Below are positions 44,931-61,230 of a stretch of 64,000 nt of DNA, piece after piece (position 1 is the stretch's first letter; each line of letters begins with the position of its first letter). Where the stretch lies: assembly GCA_964016885.1 (NCBI GenBank), contig OZ024743.1, positions 209,312,001-209,376,000 of the forward strand, read 5' to 3'. The stretch comes from Eledone cirrhosa. Taxonomy: Eukaryota. A model generated the notes under the pieces. That model did no database searches, was not told where the DNA came from, and saw only the letters and a program-made list of their open reading frames with translations. The position numbers were made by a program, and so were the translations under genes.

Positions 44931-47900
44931 AAGATATACCACAGTTTACCATCCGATAGCCACACATGAAAGCTCTTCACTCCATCAGATATACCACAGT
45001 TTACCATCCTATAGCCACACATGAAAGCTCTTCACTCCATAAGATATACCACAGTTTACCATCCTATAGCCACAAATGAAAGCTCTTCACTCCATAAGAT
45101 ATACCACAGTTTACCATCCTATAGCCAGATGAAAGCTCTTCACTCCATAAGATATACCACAGTTTACCATCCTATAGCCACGCATGAAAGCTCTTCACTC
45201 CATAAGATATACCACAGTTTACCATCCTATAGCCAGATGAAAGCTCTTCACTCCATAAGATATACCACAGTTTACCATCCTATAGCCACAGATGAATGCT
45301 CTTCACTCCATAAGATATACCACAGTTTACCATCCTATAGCCAGATGAAAGCTCTTCACTCCATAAGATATACAACAGTTTACCATCCTATAGCCACACA
45401 TGAAAGCTCTTCACTCCATAAGATATACCACAGTTTACCATCCTATAGCCACAAATGAAAGCTCTTCACTCCATAAGATATACCAGAGTTTACCATCCTA
45501 TAGCCACACATGAAAGCTATTCACTCCATAAGATATACCACATTTTACCATCCTATAGCCACAAATGAAAGCTCTTCACTCCATAAGATATACCACAGTT
45601 TACCATCCGATAGCCACACATGAAAGCTCTTCACTCCATCAGATATACCACAGTTTACCATCCTATAGCCACACATGAAGCTCTTCACTCCATAAGATAT
45701 ACCACAGTTTACCATCCTATAGCCACAAATGAAAGCTCTTCACTCCATAAGATATACCACAGTTTACCATCCTATAGCCAGATGAAAGCTCTTCACTCCA
45801 TAAGATATACAACAGTTTACCATCCTATAGCCACGCATGAAAGCTCTTCACTCCATAAGATATACCACAGTTTACCTTCCTATAGCCACAAATGAAAGCT
45901 CTTCACTCCATAAGATATACCACAGTTTACCATCCTATAGCCACAAATGAAAGCTCTTCACTCCATAAGATATACCACAGTTTACCATCCTATAGCCAGA
46001 TGAAAGCTCTTCACTCCATAAGATATACCACAGTTTACCATCCTATAGCCACGTATGAAAGCTCTTCACTCCATAAGATATACCACAGTTTACCATCCTA
46101 TAGCCAGATGAAAGCTCTTCACTCCATAAGATATACCACAGTTTACCATCCTATAGCCACAGATGAAAGCTCTTCACTCCATAAGATATATCACACTTTA
46201 CCATCCTATAGCCACAGATGAAAGCTCTTCACTCCATAAGATATACCACAGTTTACCATCCTATAGCCACAGATGAAAGCTGTTCACTCCATAAGATATA
46301 CCACAGTTTACCATCCTATAGCCACACATGAAAGCTCTTCACTCCATAAGATATACCACAGTTTACCATCCTATAGCCACAGATGAAAGCTGTTCACTCC
46401 ATAAGATATACGACAGTTTACCATCCTATAGCCACACATGAGAGCTCTTCACTCCATAAGATATACCACAGTTTACCATACTATAGCCAGATGAAAACTC
46501 TTCACTCCATAAGATATACCACAGTTTACCATCCTATAGCCACAGATGAAAGCAGTTCACTCCATAAGATATACCACAGTTTACCATCCTATAGCCAGAT
46601 GAAAGCTCTTCACTCCATAAGATATACAACAGTTTACCATCCTATAGCCACGCCACGGATGAAAGCTCTTCACTCCATAAGACATACCACAGTTTACCAT
46701 CCTATAGCCACAGATGAAAGCTGTTCACTCCATAAGATATACCACAGTTTACCATCCTATATCCAGATGAAAGCTCTTCACTCCATAAGATATACAACAG
46801 TTTACCATCCTATAGCCACACATGAAAGCTCTTCAGTCCATAAGATATACCACAGTTTACCATCCTATAGCCACAAATGAAAGCTCTTCACTCCATAAGA
46901 TATACCACAGTTTACCATCCTATAGCCACACATGAAAGCTATTCACTCCATAAGATATACCACATTTTACCATCCTATAGCCACAAATGAAAGCTCTTCA
47001 CTCCATAAGATATACCACAGTTTACCATCCGATAGCCACACATGAAAGCTCTTCACTCCATCAGATATACCACAGTTTACCATCCTATAGCCACACATGA
47101 AAGCTCTTCACTCCATAAGATATACCACAGTTTACCATCCTATAGCCACAAATGAAAGCTCTTCACTCCATAAGATATACCACAGTTTATCATCCTATAG
47201 CCAGATGAAAGCTCTTCACTCCATAAGATATACAACAGTTTACCATCCTATAGCCACGCATGAAAGCTCTTCACTCCATAAGATATACCACAGTTTACCA
47301 TCCTATAGCCACAAATGAAAGCTCTTCACTCCATAAGATATACCACAGTTTACCATCCTATAGCCACACATGAAAGCTCTTCACTCCATAAGATATACCA
47401 CAGTTTACCATCCTATAGCCACAAATGAAAGCTCTTCACTCCATAAGATATACCACAGTTTACCATCCTATAGCCACAAATGAAAGATCTTCACTCCATA
47501 AGATATACCACAGTTTACCATCCTATAGCCACACATGAAAGCTATTCACTCCATAAGATATACCACAGTTTACCATCCTATAGCCACAAATGAAAGCTCT
47601 TCACTCCATAAGATATACCACAGTTTACCATCCTATAGCCACACATGAAAGCTCTTCACTCCACAAGATATACCACAGTTTACCATCCTATAGCCACAAA
47701 TGAAAGCTCTTCACTCCATAAGATATACCACAGTTTACCATCCGATAGCCACACATGAAAGCTCTTCACTCCATCAGATATACCACAGTTTAACATCCTA
47801 TAGCCACACATGAAAGCTCTTCACTCCATAAGATATACCACAGTTTACCATCCTATAGCCACAAATGAAAGCTCTTCACTCCATAAGATATACCACAGTT

Positions 47901-50900
47901 TACCATCCTATAGCCATATGAAAGTTCTTCACTCCATAAGATATACAACAGTTTACCATCCTATAGCCACACATGAAAGCTCTTCACTCCATAAGATATA
48001 CCACAGTTTACATTCCTATAGCCACAAATGAAAGCTCTTCACTCCATAAGATATACCACAGTTTACCATCCTATAGCCACACATGAAAGCTATTCACTCC
48101 ATAAGATATACCACAGTTTACCATCCTATAGCCACAAATGAAAGCTCTTCACTCCATAAGAAATACCACAGTTTACCATCCGATAGCCACACATGAAAGC
48201 TCTTCACTCCATAAGATATACCACAGTTTACCATCCTATAGCCAGATGAAAGCTCTTCACTCCATAAGATATACCACAGTTTACCATCCTATAGCCACAC
48301 ATGAAAGCTCTTCACTCCATAAGATATACCACAGTTTACCATCCTATAGCCACAAATGAAAGCTCTTCACTCCATAAGATATACCACAGTTTACCATCCT
48401 ATAGCCAGATGAAAGCTCTTCACTCCATAAGATATACCACAGTTTACCAGCCTATAGCCACGCATGAAAGCTCTTCAATCCATAAGATATACCACAGTTT
48501 ACCATCCTATAGCCAGATGAAATCTCTTCAATCCATAAGATATACCACAGTTTACCATCCTATAGCCACAGATGAAAGCTGTTCACTCCATAAGATATAC
48601 CACAGTTTACCATCCTATAGCCACGCCACGGATGAAAGCTCTTCACTTCATAAGATATACCACAGTTTACCATCCGATAGCCACACATGAAAGCTCTTCA
48701 CTCCATCAGATATACCACAGTTTACCATCCTATAGCCACACATGAAAGCTCTTCACTCCATAAGATATACCACAGTTTACCATCCTATAGCCACAAATGA
48801 AAGCTCTTCACTCCATAAGATATACCACAGTTTACCATCCTATAGCCAGATGAAAGCTCTTCACTCCATAAGATATACCACAGTTTACCATCCTATAGCC
48901 ACGCATGAAAGCTCTTCACTCCATAAGATATACCACAGTTTACCATCCTATAGCCAGATGAAAGCTCTTCACTCCATAAGATATACCACAGTTTACCATC
49001 CTATAGCCACAGATGAATGCTCTTCACTCCATAAGATATACCACAGTTTACCATCCTATAGCCAGATGAAAGCTCTTCACTCCATAAGATATACAACAGT
49101 TTACCATCCTATAGCCACACATGAAAGCTCTTCACTCCATAAGATATACCACAGTTTACCATCATATAGCCACAAATGAAAGCTCTTCACTCCATAAGAT
49201 ATACCAGAGTTTACCATCCTATAGCCACACATGAAAGCTATTCACTCCATAAGATATACCACATTTTACCATCCTATAGCCACAAATGAAAGCTCTTCAC
49301 TCCATAAGATATACAACAGTTTACCATCCAATAGCCACACATGAAAGTTCTTCACTCCATCAGATATACCACAGTTTACCATCCTATAGCCACACATGAA
49401 GCTCTTCACTCCATAAGATATACCACAGTTTACCATCCTATAACCACAAATGAAAGCTCTTCACTCCATAAGATATACCACAGTTTACCATCCTATAGCC
49501 AGATGAAAGCTCTTCACTCCATAAGATATACAACAGTTTACCATCCTATAGCCACGCATGAAAGCTCTTCACTCCATAAGATATACCACAGTTTACCATC
49601 CTATAGCCACAAATGAAAGCTCTTCACTCCATAAGATATACCACAGTTTACCATCCTATAGCCACAAATGAAAGCTCTTCACTCCATAAGATATACCACA
49701 GTTTACCATCCTATAGCCAGATGAAAGCTCTTCACTCCATAAGATATACCACAGTTTACCATCCTATGGCCACGCATGAAAGCTCTTCACTCCATAAGAT
49801 ATACCACAGTTTACCATCCTATAGCCAGATGAAAGCTCTTCACTCCATAAGATATACCACAGTTTACCATCCTATAGCCACAGATGAAAGCTCTTCACTC
49901 CATAAGATATATCACACTTTACCATCCTATAGCCACAGATGAAAGCTCTTCACTCCATAAGATATACCACAGTTTACCATCCTATAGCCACAGATGAAAG
50001 CTGTTCACTCCATAAGATATACCACAGTTTACCATCCTATAGCCACACATGAAAGCTCTTCACTCCATAAGATATACCACAGTTTACCATCCTATAGCCA
50101 CCGATGAAAGCTGTTCACTCCATAAGATATACGACAGTTTACCATCCTATAGCCACAGATGTAAGCTGTTCACTCCATAAGATATACCACAGTTTACCAT
50201 CCTATAGCCAGATGAAAGCTCTTCACTCCATAAGATATACCACAGTTTACCATCCTATAGCCACAGATGAAAGCAGTTCACTCCATAAGATATACCACAG
50301 TTTACCATCCTATAGCCAGATGAAAGCTCTTCACTCCATAAGATATACAACAGTTTACCATCCTATAGCCACGCCACGGATGAAAGCTCTTCACTCCATA
50401 AGACATACCACAGTTTACCATCCTATAGCCACAGATGAAAGCTGTTCACTCCATAAGATATACCACAGTTTACCATCCTATAGCCAGATGAAAGCTCTTC
50501 ACTCCATAAGATATACAACAGTTTACCATCCTATAGCCACACATGAAAGCTCTTCAGTCCATAAGATATACCACAGTTTACCATCCTATAGCCACAAATG
50601 AAAGCTCTTCACTCCATAAGATATACCACAGTTTACCATCCTATAGCCACACATGAAAGCTATTCACTCCATAAGATATACCACATTTTACCATCCTATA
50701 GCCACAAATGAAAGCTCTTCACTCCATAAGATATACCACAGTTTACCATCCGATAGCCACACATGAAAGCTCTTCACTCCATCAGATATACCACAGTTTA
50801 CCATCCTATAGCCACACATGAAAGCTCTTCACTCCATAAGATATACCACAGTTTACCATCCTATAGCCACAAATGAAAGCTCTTCACTCCATAAGATATA

Positions 50901-50980
50901 CCACAGTTTACCATCCTATAGCCAGATGAAAGCTCTTCACTCCATAAGATATACAACAGTTTACCATCCTATAGCCACAC
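44690..50980 (+). repeat. Block duplicated at offset 3721
   Basis: ORF starts 45021>48742, 45620>49341, 45892>49613, 46383>50104, 47097>50818. A related upstream copy lies at offset 4000-4055 (40580>44580, 41565>45620). Confidence 0.87.
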
Positions 50981-51475
50981 ATGAAAGCTCTTCACTCCAT
51001 AAGATATACCACAGTTTACATTCCTATAGCCACAAATGAAAGCTCTTCACTCCATAAGATATTCCACAGTTTACCATCCTATAGCCACACATGAAAGCTA
51101 TTCACTCCATAAGATATACCACAGTTTACCATCCTATAGCCACAAATGAAAGCTCTTCACTCCATAAGAAATACCACAGTTTACCATCCGATAGCCACAC
51201 ATGAAAGCTCTTCACTCCATAAGATATACAACAGTTTACCATCCTATAGCCACGCATGAAAGCTCTTCACTCCATAAGATATACCACAGTTTACCATCCT
51301 ATAGCCACAAATGAAAGCTCTTCACTCCATAAGATATACCACAGTTTACCATCCTATAGCCACACATGAAAGCTATTCACTCCATAAGATATACCACAGT
51401 TGACCATCCTATAGCCACAAATGAAAGCTCTTCACTCCATAAGATATACCACAGTTTACCATCCGATAGCCACAC

Positions 51476-54400
51476 ATGAAAGCTCTTCACTCCATCAGAT
51501 ATAGCACAGTTTACCATCCTATAGCCACAAATGAAAGCTCTTCACTCCATAAGATATACCACAGTTTACCATCCTATAGCCAGATGAAAGCTCTTCACTC
51601 CATAAGATATATAACAGTTTACCATCCTATAGCCACGCATGAAAGCTCTTCACTCCATAAGATATACCACAGTTTACCATCCTATAGCCACAAATGAAAG
51701 ATCTTCACTCCATAAGATATACCACAGTTTACCATCCTATAGCCACACATGAAAGCTATTCACTCCATAAGATATACCACAGTTAACCATCTTATAGCCA
51801 CAAATGAAAGCTCTTCACTCCATAAGATATACCACAGTTTACCATCCGATAGCCACACATGAAAGCTCTTCACTCCATCAGATATACCACAGTTTAACAT
51901 CCTATAGCCACACATGAAAGCTCTTCACTCCATAAGATATACCACAGTTTACCATCCTATAGCCACAAATGAAAGCTCTTCACTCCATAAGATATACCAC
52001 AGTTTACCATCCTATAGCCATATGAAAGTTCTTCACTCCATAAGATATACAACAGTTTACCATCCTATAGCCACACATGAAAGCTCTTCACTCCATAAGA
52101 TATACCACAGTTTACATTCCTATAGCCACAAATGAAAGCTCTTCACTCCATAAGATATACCACAGTTTACCATCCTATAGCCACACATGAAAGCTATTCA
52201 CTCCATAAGATATACCACAGTTTACCATCCTATAGCCACAAATGAAAGCTCTTCACTCCATAAGAAATACCACAGTTTACCATCCGATAGCCACACATGA
52301 AAGCTCTTCACTCCATAAGATATACCACAGTTTACCATCCTATAGCCAGATGAAAGCTCTTCACTCCATAAGATATACCACAGTTTACCATCCTATAGCC
52401 ACACATGAAAGCTCTTCACTCCATAAGATATACCACAGTTTACCATACTATAGCCACAAATGAAAGCTCTTCACTCCATAAGATATACCACAGTTTACCA
52501 TCCTATAGCCAGATGAAAGCTCTTCACTCCATAAGATATACCACAGTTTACCAGCCTATAGCCACGCATGAAAGCTCTTCAATCCATAAGATATACCACA
52601 GTTTACCATCCTATAGCCAGATGAAATCTCTTCAATCCATAAGATATACCACAGTTTACCATCCTATAGCCACAGATGAAAGCTGTTCACTCCATAAGAT
52701 ATACCACAGTTTACCATCCGATAGCCACACATGAAAGCTCTTCACTCCATCAGATATACCACAGTTTACCATTCTATAGCCAGATGAAAGCTCTTCACTC
52801 CATAAGATATACCACAGTTTACCATCCTATAGCCACGCATGAAAGCTCTTCACTCCATAAGATATACCACAGTTTACCATCCTATAGCCACAAATGAAAG
52901 CTCTTCACTCCATAAGATATACCACAGTTTACCATCCTATAGCCACACCTGAGAGCTATTCACTCCATAAGATATACCACAGTTTACCATCCTATAGCCA
53001 CACATGAAAGCTCTTCACTCCATAAGATATACCACAGTTTACCATCCTATAGCCACGCCACGGATGAAAGCTCTTCACTCCATAAGATATACCACAGTTT
53101 ACCATCCTATAGTCACACATGAAAGCTCTTCACTCCATAAGATATAACACAGTTTACCATCCTAAAGCCAGATGAAAGCTCTTCACTCCATAAGATATAC
53201 CACAGTTTACCATCCTATAGCCACAGATGAAAGCTCTTCACTCCATAAGATATACCACAGTTTACCATCCTATAGCCACAGATGAAAGCTCTTCACTCCA
53301 TAAGATATACCACAGTTTACCATCCTATAGCCACACATGAAAGCTCTTCACTCCATAAGATATACCACACTTTACCATCCTATAGCCACAGATGAAAGCT
53401 CTTCACTCCATAAGATATACCACAGTTTACCATCCTATAGCCACAGATGAAAGCTGTTCACTCCATAAGATATACTACAGTTTACCATCCTATAGCCACA
53501 CATGAAAGCTCTTCACTCCATAAGATATACCACAGTTTACCATCCTATAGCCACACATGAAAGCTATTCCCTCCATAAGATATACCACAGTTTACCATCC
53601 TAGAGCCACAAATGAAAGCTCTTCACTCCATAAGATATACCACAGTTTACCATCCGATAGCCACACATGAAAGCTCTTCACTCCATCAGATATACCACAG
53701 TTTACCATCCTATAGCCACACATGAAAGCTCTTCACTCCATAAGATATACCACAGTTTACCATCCTATAGCCACAAATGAAAGCTCTTCACTCCATAAGA
53801 TATACCACAGTTTACCATCCTATAGCCAGATGAAAGCTCTTCACTCCATAAGATATACCACAGTTTACCATCCTATAGCCACACATGAAAGCTCTTCACT
53901 CCATAAGATATACCACAGTTTACCATCCTATAGCCACAAATGAAAGCTCTTCACTCCATAAGATATACCACAGTTTACCATCCTATAGCCACACATGAAA
54001 GCTCTTCACTCCATAAGATATACCACAGTTTACCATCCTATAGCCAGATGAAAGCTCTTCACTCCATAAGATATACCACAGTTTACCATCCTATAGCCAC
54101 AGATGAAAGCAGTTCACTCCATAAGATATACCACAGTTTACCATCCTATAGCCAGATGAAAGCTCTTCACTCCATAAGAAATACAACAGTTTACCATCCT
54201 ATAGCCACGCCACGGATGAAAGCTCTTCACTCCATAAGACATACCACAGTTTACCATCCTGTAGCCACAGATGAAAGCTGTTCACTCCATAAGATATACC
54301 ACAGTTTACCATCCTATAGCCAGATGAAAGCTCTTCACTCCATAAGATATACAACAGTTTACCATCCTATAGCCACACATGAAAGCTCTTCAGTCCATAA

Positions 54401-57400
54401 GATATACCACAGTTTACCATCCTATAGCCACAAATGAAAGCTCTTCACTCCATAAGATATACCACAGTTTACCATCCTATAGCCACACATGAAAGCTATT
54501 CACTCCATAAGATATACCACATTTTACCATCCTATAGCCACAAATGAAAGCTCTTCACTCCATAAGATATACCACAGTTTACCATCCGATAGCCACACAT
54601 GAAAGCTCTTCACTCCATCAGATATACCACAGTTTACCATCCTATAGCCACACATGAAAGCTCTTCACTCCATAAGATATACCACAGTTTACCATCCTAT
54701 AGCCACAAATGAAAGCTCTTCACTCCATAAGATATACCACAGTTTACCATCCTATAGCCAGATTAAAGCTCTTCACTCCATAAGATATACAACAGTTTAC
54801 CATCCTATAGCCACGCATGAAAGCTCTTCACTCCATAAGATATACCACAGTTTACCATCCTATAGCCACAAATGAAAGCTCTTCACTCCATAAGATATAC
54901 CACAGTTTACCATCCTATAGCCACACATGAAAGCTCTTCACTCCATAAGATATACCACAGTTTACCATCCTATAGCCACAAATGAAAGCTCTTCACTCCA
55001 TAAGATATACCACAGTTTACCATCCTATAGCCACACATGAAAGCTATTCACTCCATAAGATATACCACAGTTGACCATCCTATAGCCACAAATGAAAGCT
55101 CTTCACTCCATAAGATATACCACAGTTTACCATCCGATAGCCACACATGAAAGCTCTTCACTCCATCAGATATAGCACAGTTTACCATCCTAGAGCCACA
55201 AATGAAAGCTCTTCACTCCATAAGATATACCACAGTTTACCATCCTATAGCCAGATGAAAGCTCTTCACTCCATAAGATATATAACAGTTTACCATCCTA
55301 TAGCCACGCATGAAAGCTCTTCACTCCATAAGATATACCACAGTTTACCATCCTATAGCCACAAATGAAAGATCTTCACTCCATAAGATATACCACAGTT
55401 TACCATCCTATAGCCACACATGAAAGCTATTCACTCCATAAGATATACCACAGTTAACCATCCTATAGCCACAAATGAAAGCTCTTCACTCCATAAGATA
55501 TACCACAGTTTACCATCCGATAGCCACACATGAAAGCTCTTCACTCCATCAGATATACCACAGTTTAACATCCTATAGCCACACATGAAAGCTCTTCACT
55601 CCATAAGATATACCACAGTTTACCATCCTATAGCCACAAATGAAAGCTCTTCACTCCATAAGATATACCACAGTTTACCATCCGATAGCCACACATGAAA
55701 GCTCTTCACTCCATCAGATATAGCACAGTTTACCATCCTATAGCCACAAATGAAAGCTCTTCACTCCATAAGATATACCACAGTTTACCATCCTATAGCC
55801 AGATGAAAGCTCTTCACTCCATAAGATATATAACAGTTTACCATCCTATAGCCACGCATGAAAGCTCTTCACTCCATAAGATATACCACAGTTTACCATC
55901 CTATAGCCACAAATGAAAGATCTTCACTCCATAAGATATACCACAGTTTACCATCCTATAGCCACACATGAAAGCTATTCACTCCATAAGATATACCACA
56001 GTTAACCATCCTATAGCCACAAATGAAAGCTCTTCACTCCATAAGATATACCACAGTTTACCATCCGATAGCCACACATGAAAGCTCTTCACTCCATCAG
56101 ATATACCACAGTTTAACATCCTATAGCCACACAGGAAAGCTCTTCACTCCATAAGATATACCACAGTTTACCATCCTATAGCCACAAATGAAAGCTCTTC
56201 ACTCCATAAGATATACCACAGTTTACCATCCTATAGCCATATGAAAGTTCTTCACTCCATAAGATATACAACAGTTTACCATCCTATAGCCACACATGAA
56301 AGCTCTTCACTCCATAAGATATACCACAGTTTACATTCCTATAGCCACAAATGAAAGCTCTTCACTCCATAAGATATACCACAGTTTACCATCCTATAGC
56401 CACACATGAAAGCTATTCACTCCATAAGATATACCACAGTTTACCATCCTATAGCCACAAATGAAAGCTCTTCACTCCATAAGAAATACCACAGTTTACC
56501 ATCCGATAGCCACACATGAAAGCTCTTCACTCCATAAGATATACCACAGTTTACCATCCTATAGCCAGATGAAAGCTCTTCACTCCATAAGATATACCAC
56601 AGTTTACCATCCTATAGCCACACATGAAAGCTCTTCACTCCATAAGATATACCACAGTTTACCATACTATAGCCACAAATGAAAGCTCTTCACTCCATAA
56701 GATATACCACAGTTTACCATCCTATAGCCAGATGAAAGCTCTTCACTCCATAAGATATACCACAGTTTACCAGCCTATAGCCACGCATGAAAGCTCTTCA
56801 ATCCATAAGATATACCACAGTTTACCATCCTATAGCCAGATGAAATCTCTTCAATCCATAAGATATACCACAGTTTACCATCCTATAGCCACAGATGAAA
56901 GCTGTTCACTCCATAAGATATACCACAGTTTACCATCCGATAGCCACACATGAAAGCTCTTCACTCCATCAGATATACCACAGTTTACCATTCTATAGCC
57001 AGATGAAAGCTCTTCACTCCATAAGATATACCACAGTTTACCATCCTATAGCCACGCATGAAAGCTCTTCACTCCATAAGATATACCACAGTTTACCATC
57101 CTATAGCCACAAATGAAAGCTCTTCACTCCATAAGATATACCACAGTTTACCATCCTATAGCCACACCTGAGAGCTATTCACTCCATAAGATATACCACA
57201 GTTTACCATCCTATAGCCACACATGAAAGCTCTTCACTCCATAAGATATACCACAGTTTACCATCCTATAGCCACGCCACGGATGAAAGCTCTTCACTCC
57301 ATAAGATATACCACAGTTTACCATCCTATAGTCACACATGAAAGCTCTTCACTCCATAAGATATAACACAGTTTACCATCCTAAAGCCAGATGAAAGCTC

Positions 57401-60400
57401 TTCACTCCATAAGATATACCACAGTTTACCATCCTATAGCCACAGATGAAAGCTCTTCACTCCATAAGATATACCACAGTTTACCATCCTATAGCCACAG
57501 ATGAAAGCTCTTCACTCCATAAGATATACCACAGTTTACCATCCTATAGCCACACATGAAAGCTCTTCACTCCATAAGATATACCACACTTTACCATCCT
57601 ATAGCCACAGATGAAAGCTCTTCACTCCATAAGATATACCACAGTTTACCATCCTATAGCCACAGATGAAAGCTGTTCACTCCATAAGATATACCACAGT
57701 TTACCATCCTATAGCCACACATGAAAGCTCTTCACTCCATAAGATATACCACAGTTTACCATCCTATAGCCACACATGAAAGCTATTCCCTCCATAAGAT
57801 ATACCACAGTTTACCATCCTAGAGCCACAAATGAAAGCTCTTCACTCCATAAGATATACCACAGTTTACCATCCGATAGCCACACATGAAAGCTCTTCAC
57901 TCCATCAGATATACCACAGTTTACCATCCTATAGCCACACATGAAAGCTCTTCACTCCATAAGATATACCACAGTTTACCATCCTATAGCCACAAATGAA
58001 AGCTCTTCACTCCATAAGATATACCACAGTTTACCATCCTATAGCCAGATGAAAGCTCTTCACTCCATAAGATATACCACAGTTTACCATCCTATAGCCA
58101 CACATGAAAGCTCTTCACTCCATAAGATATACCACAGTTTACCATCCTATAGCCACAAATGAAAGCTCTTCACTCCATAAGATATACCACAGTTTACCAT
58201 CCTATAGCCTCACATGAAAGCTCTTCACTCCATAAGATATACCACAGTTTACCATCCTATAGCCAGATGAAAGCTCTTCACTCCATAAGATATACCACAG
58301 TTTACCATCCTATAGCCACAGATGAAAGCAGTTCACTCCATAAGATATACCACAGTTTACCATCCTATAGCCAGATGAAAGCTCTTCACTCCATAAGAAA
58401 TACAACAGTTTACCATCCTATAGCCACGCCACGGATGAAAGCTCTTCACTCCATAAGACATACCACAGTTTACCATCCTATAGCCACAGATGAAAGCTGT
58501 TCACTCCATAAGGTATACCACAGTTTACCATCCTATAGCCAGATGAAAGCTCTTCACTCCATAAGATATACAACAGTTTACCATCCTATAGCCACACATG
58601 AAAGCTCTTCAGTCCATAAGATATACCACAGTTTACCATCCTATAGCCACAAATGAAAGCTCTTCACTCCATAAGATATACCACAGTTTACCATCCTATA
58701 GCCACACATGAAAGCTATTCACTCCATAAGATATACCACATTTTACCATCCTATAGCCACAAATGAAAGCTCTTCACTCCATAAGATATACCACAGTTTA
58801 CCATCCGATAGCCACACATGAAAGCTCTTCACTCCATCAGATATACCACAGTTTACCATCCTATAGCCACACATGAAAGCTCTTCACTCCATAAGATATA
58901 CCACAGTTTACCATCCTATAGCCACAAATGAAAGCTCTTCACTCCATAAGATATACCACAGTTTACCATCCTATAGCCAGATTAAAGCTCTTCACTCCAT
59001 AAGATATACAACAGTTTACCATCCTATAGCCACGCATGAAAGCTCTTCACTCCATAAGATATACCACAGTTTACCATCCTATAGCCACAAATGAAAGCTC
59101 TTCACTCCATAAGATATACCACAGTTTACCATCCTATAGCCACACATGAAAGCTCTTCACTCCATAAGATATACCACAGTTTACCATCCTATAGCCACAA
59201 ATGAAAGCTCTTCACTCCATAAGATATACCACAGTTTACCATCCTATAGCCACACATGAAAGCTATTCACTCCATAAGATATACCACAGTTGACCATCCT
59301 ATAGCCACAAATGAAAGCTCTTCACTCCATAAGATATACCACAGTTTACCATCCGATAGCCACACATGAAAGCTCTTCACTCCATCAGATATAGCACAGT
59401 TTACCATCCTAGAGCCACAAATGAAAGCTCTTCACTCCATAAGATATACCACAGTTTACCATCCTATAGCCAGATGAAAGCTCTTCACTCCATAAGATAT
59501 ATAACAGTTTACCATCCTATAGCCACGCATGAAAGCTCTTCACTCCATAAGATATACCACAGTTTACCATCCTATAGCCACAAATGAAAGATCTTCACTC
59601 CATAAGATATACCACAGTTTACCATCCTATAGCCACACATGAAAGCTATTCACTCCATAAGATATACCACAGTTAACCATCCTATAGCCACAAATGAAAG
59701 CTCTTCACTCCATAAGATATACCACAGTTTACCATCCGATAGCCACACATGAAAGCTCTTCACTCCATCAGATATACCACAGTTTAACATCCTATAGCCA
59801 CACATGAAAGCTCTTCACTCCATAAGATATACCACAGTTTACCATCCTATAGCCACAAATGAAAGCTCTTCACTCCATAAGATATACCACAGTTTACCAT
59901 CCTATAGCCATATGAAAGTTCTTCACTCCATAAGATATACAACAGTTTACCATCCTATAGCCACACATGAAAGCTCTTCACTCCATAAGATATACCACAG
60001 TTTACATTCCTATAGCCACAAATGAAAGCTCTTCACTCCATAAGATATACCACAGTTTACCATCCTATAGCCACACATGAAAGCTATTCACTCCATAAGA
60101 TATACCACAGTTTACCATCCTATAGCCACAAATGAAAGCTCTTCACTCCATAAGAAATACCACAGTTTACCATCCGATAGCCACACATGAAAGCTCTTCA
60201 CTCCATAAGATATACCACAGTTTACCATCCTATAGCCAGATGAAAGCTCTTCACTCCATAAGATATACCACAGTTTACCATCCTATAGCCACACATGAAA
60301 GCTCTTCACTCCATAAGATATACCACAGTTTACCATCCTATAGCCACAAATGAAAGCTCTTCATTCCATAAGATATACCACAGTTTACCATCCTATAGCC

Positions 60401-61230
60401 AGATGAAAGCTCTTCACTCCATAAGATATACCACAGTTTACCAGCCTATAGCCACGCATGAAAGCTCTTCAATCCATAAGATATACCACATTTTACCATC
60501 CTATAGCCAGATGAAATCTCTTCAATCCATAAGATATACCACAGTTTACCATCCTATAGCCACAGATGAAAGCTGTTCACTCCATAAGATATACCACAGT
60601 TTACCATCCGATAGCCACACATGAAAGCTCTTCACTCCATCAGATATACCACAGTTTACCATTCTATAGCCAGATGAAAGCTCTTCACTCCATAAGATAT
60701 ACCACAGTTTACCATCCTATAGCCACGCATGAAAGCTCTTCACTCCATAAGATATACCACAGTTTACCATCCTATAGCCACAAATGAAAGCTCTTCACTC
60801 CATAAGATATACCACAGTTTACCATCCTATAGCCACACCTGAGAGCTATTCACTCCATAAGATATACCACAGTTTACCATCCTATAGCCACACATGAAAG
60901 CTCTTCACTCCATAAGATATACCACAGTTTACCATCCTATAGCCACGCCACGGATGAAAGCTCTTCACTCCATAAGATATACCACAGTTTACCATCCTAT
61001 AGTCACACATGAAAGCTCTTCACTCCATAAGATATAACACAGTTTACCATCCTAAAGCCAGATGAAAGCTCTTCACTCCATAAGATATACCACAGTTTAC
61101 CATCCTATAGCCACAGATGAAAGCTCTTCACTCCATAAGATATACCACAGTTTACCATCCTATAGCCACAGATGAAAGCTCTTCACTCCATAAGATATAC
61201 CACAGTTTACCATCCTATAGCCACACATGA
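51476..61230 (+). repeat. 3671-bp higher-order repeat, ~2.5 copies, with one extra 548-bp segment (55147-55694)
   Basis: Offsets of +4219 (51476>55695, 52242>56461, 53940>58159, 55147>59366) and +3671 (56461>60132, 56895>60566). 4219 = 3671 + 548. Confidence 0.9.
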
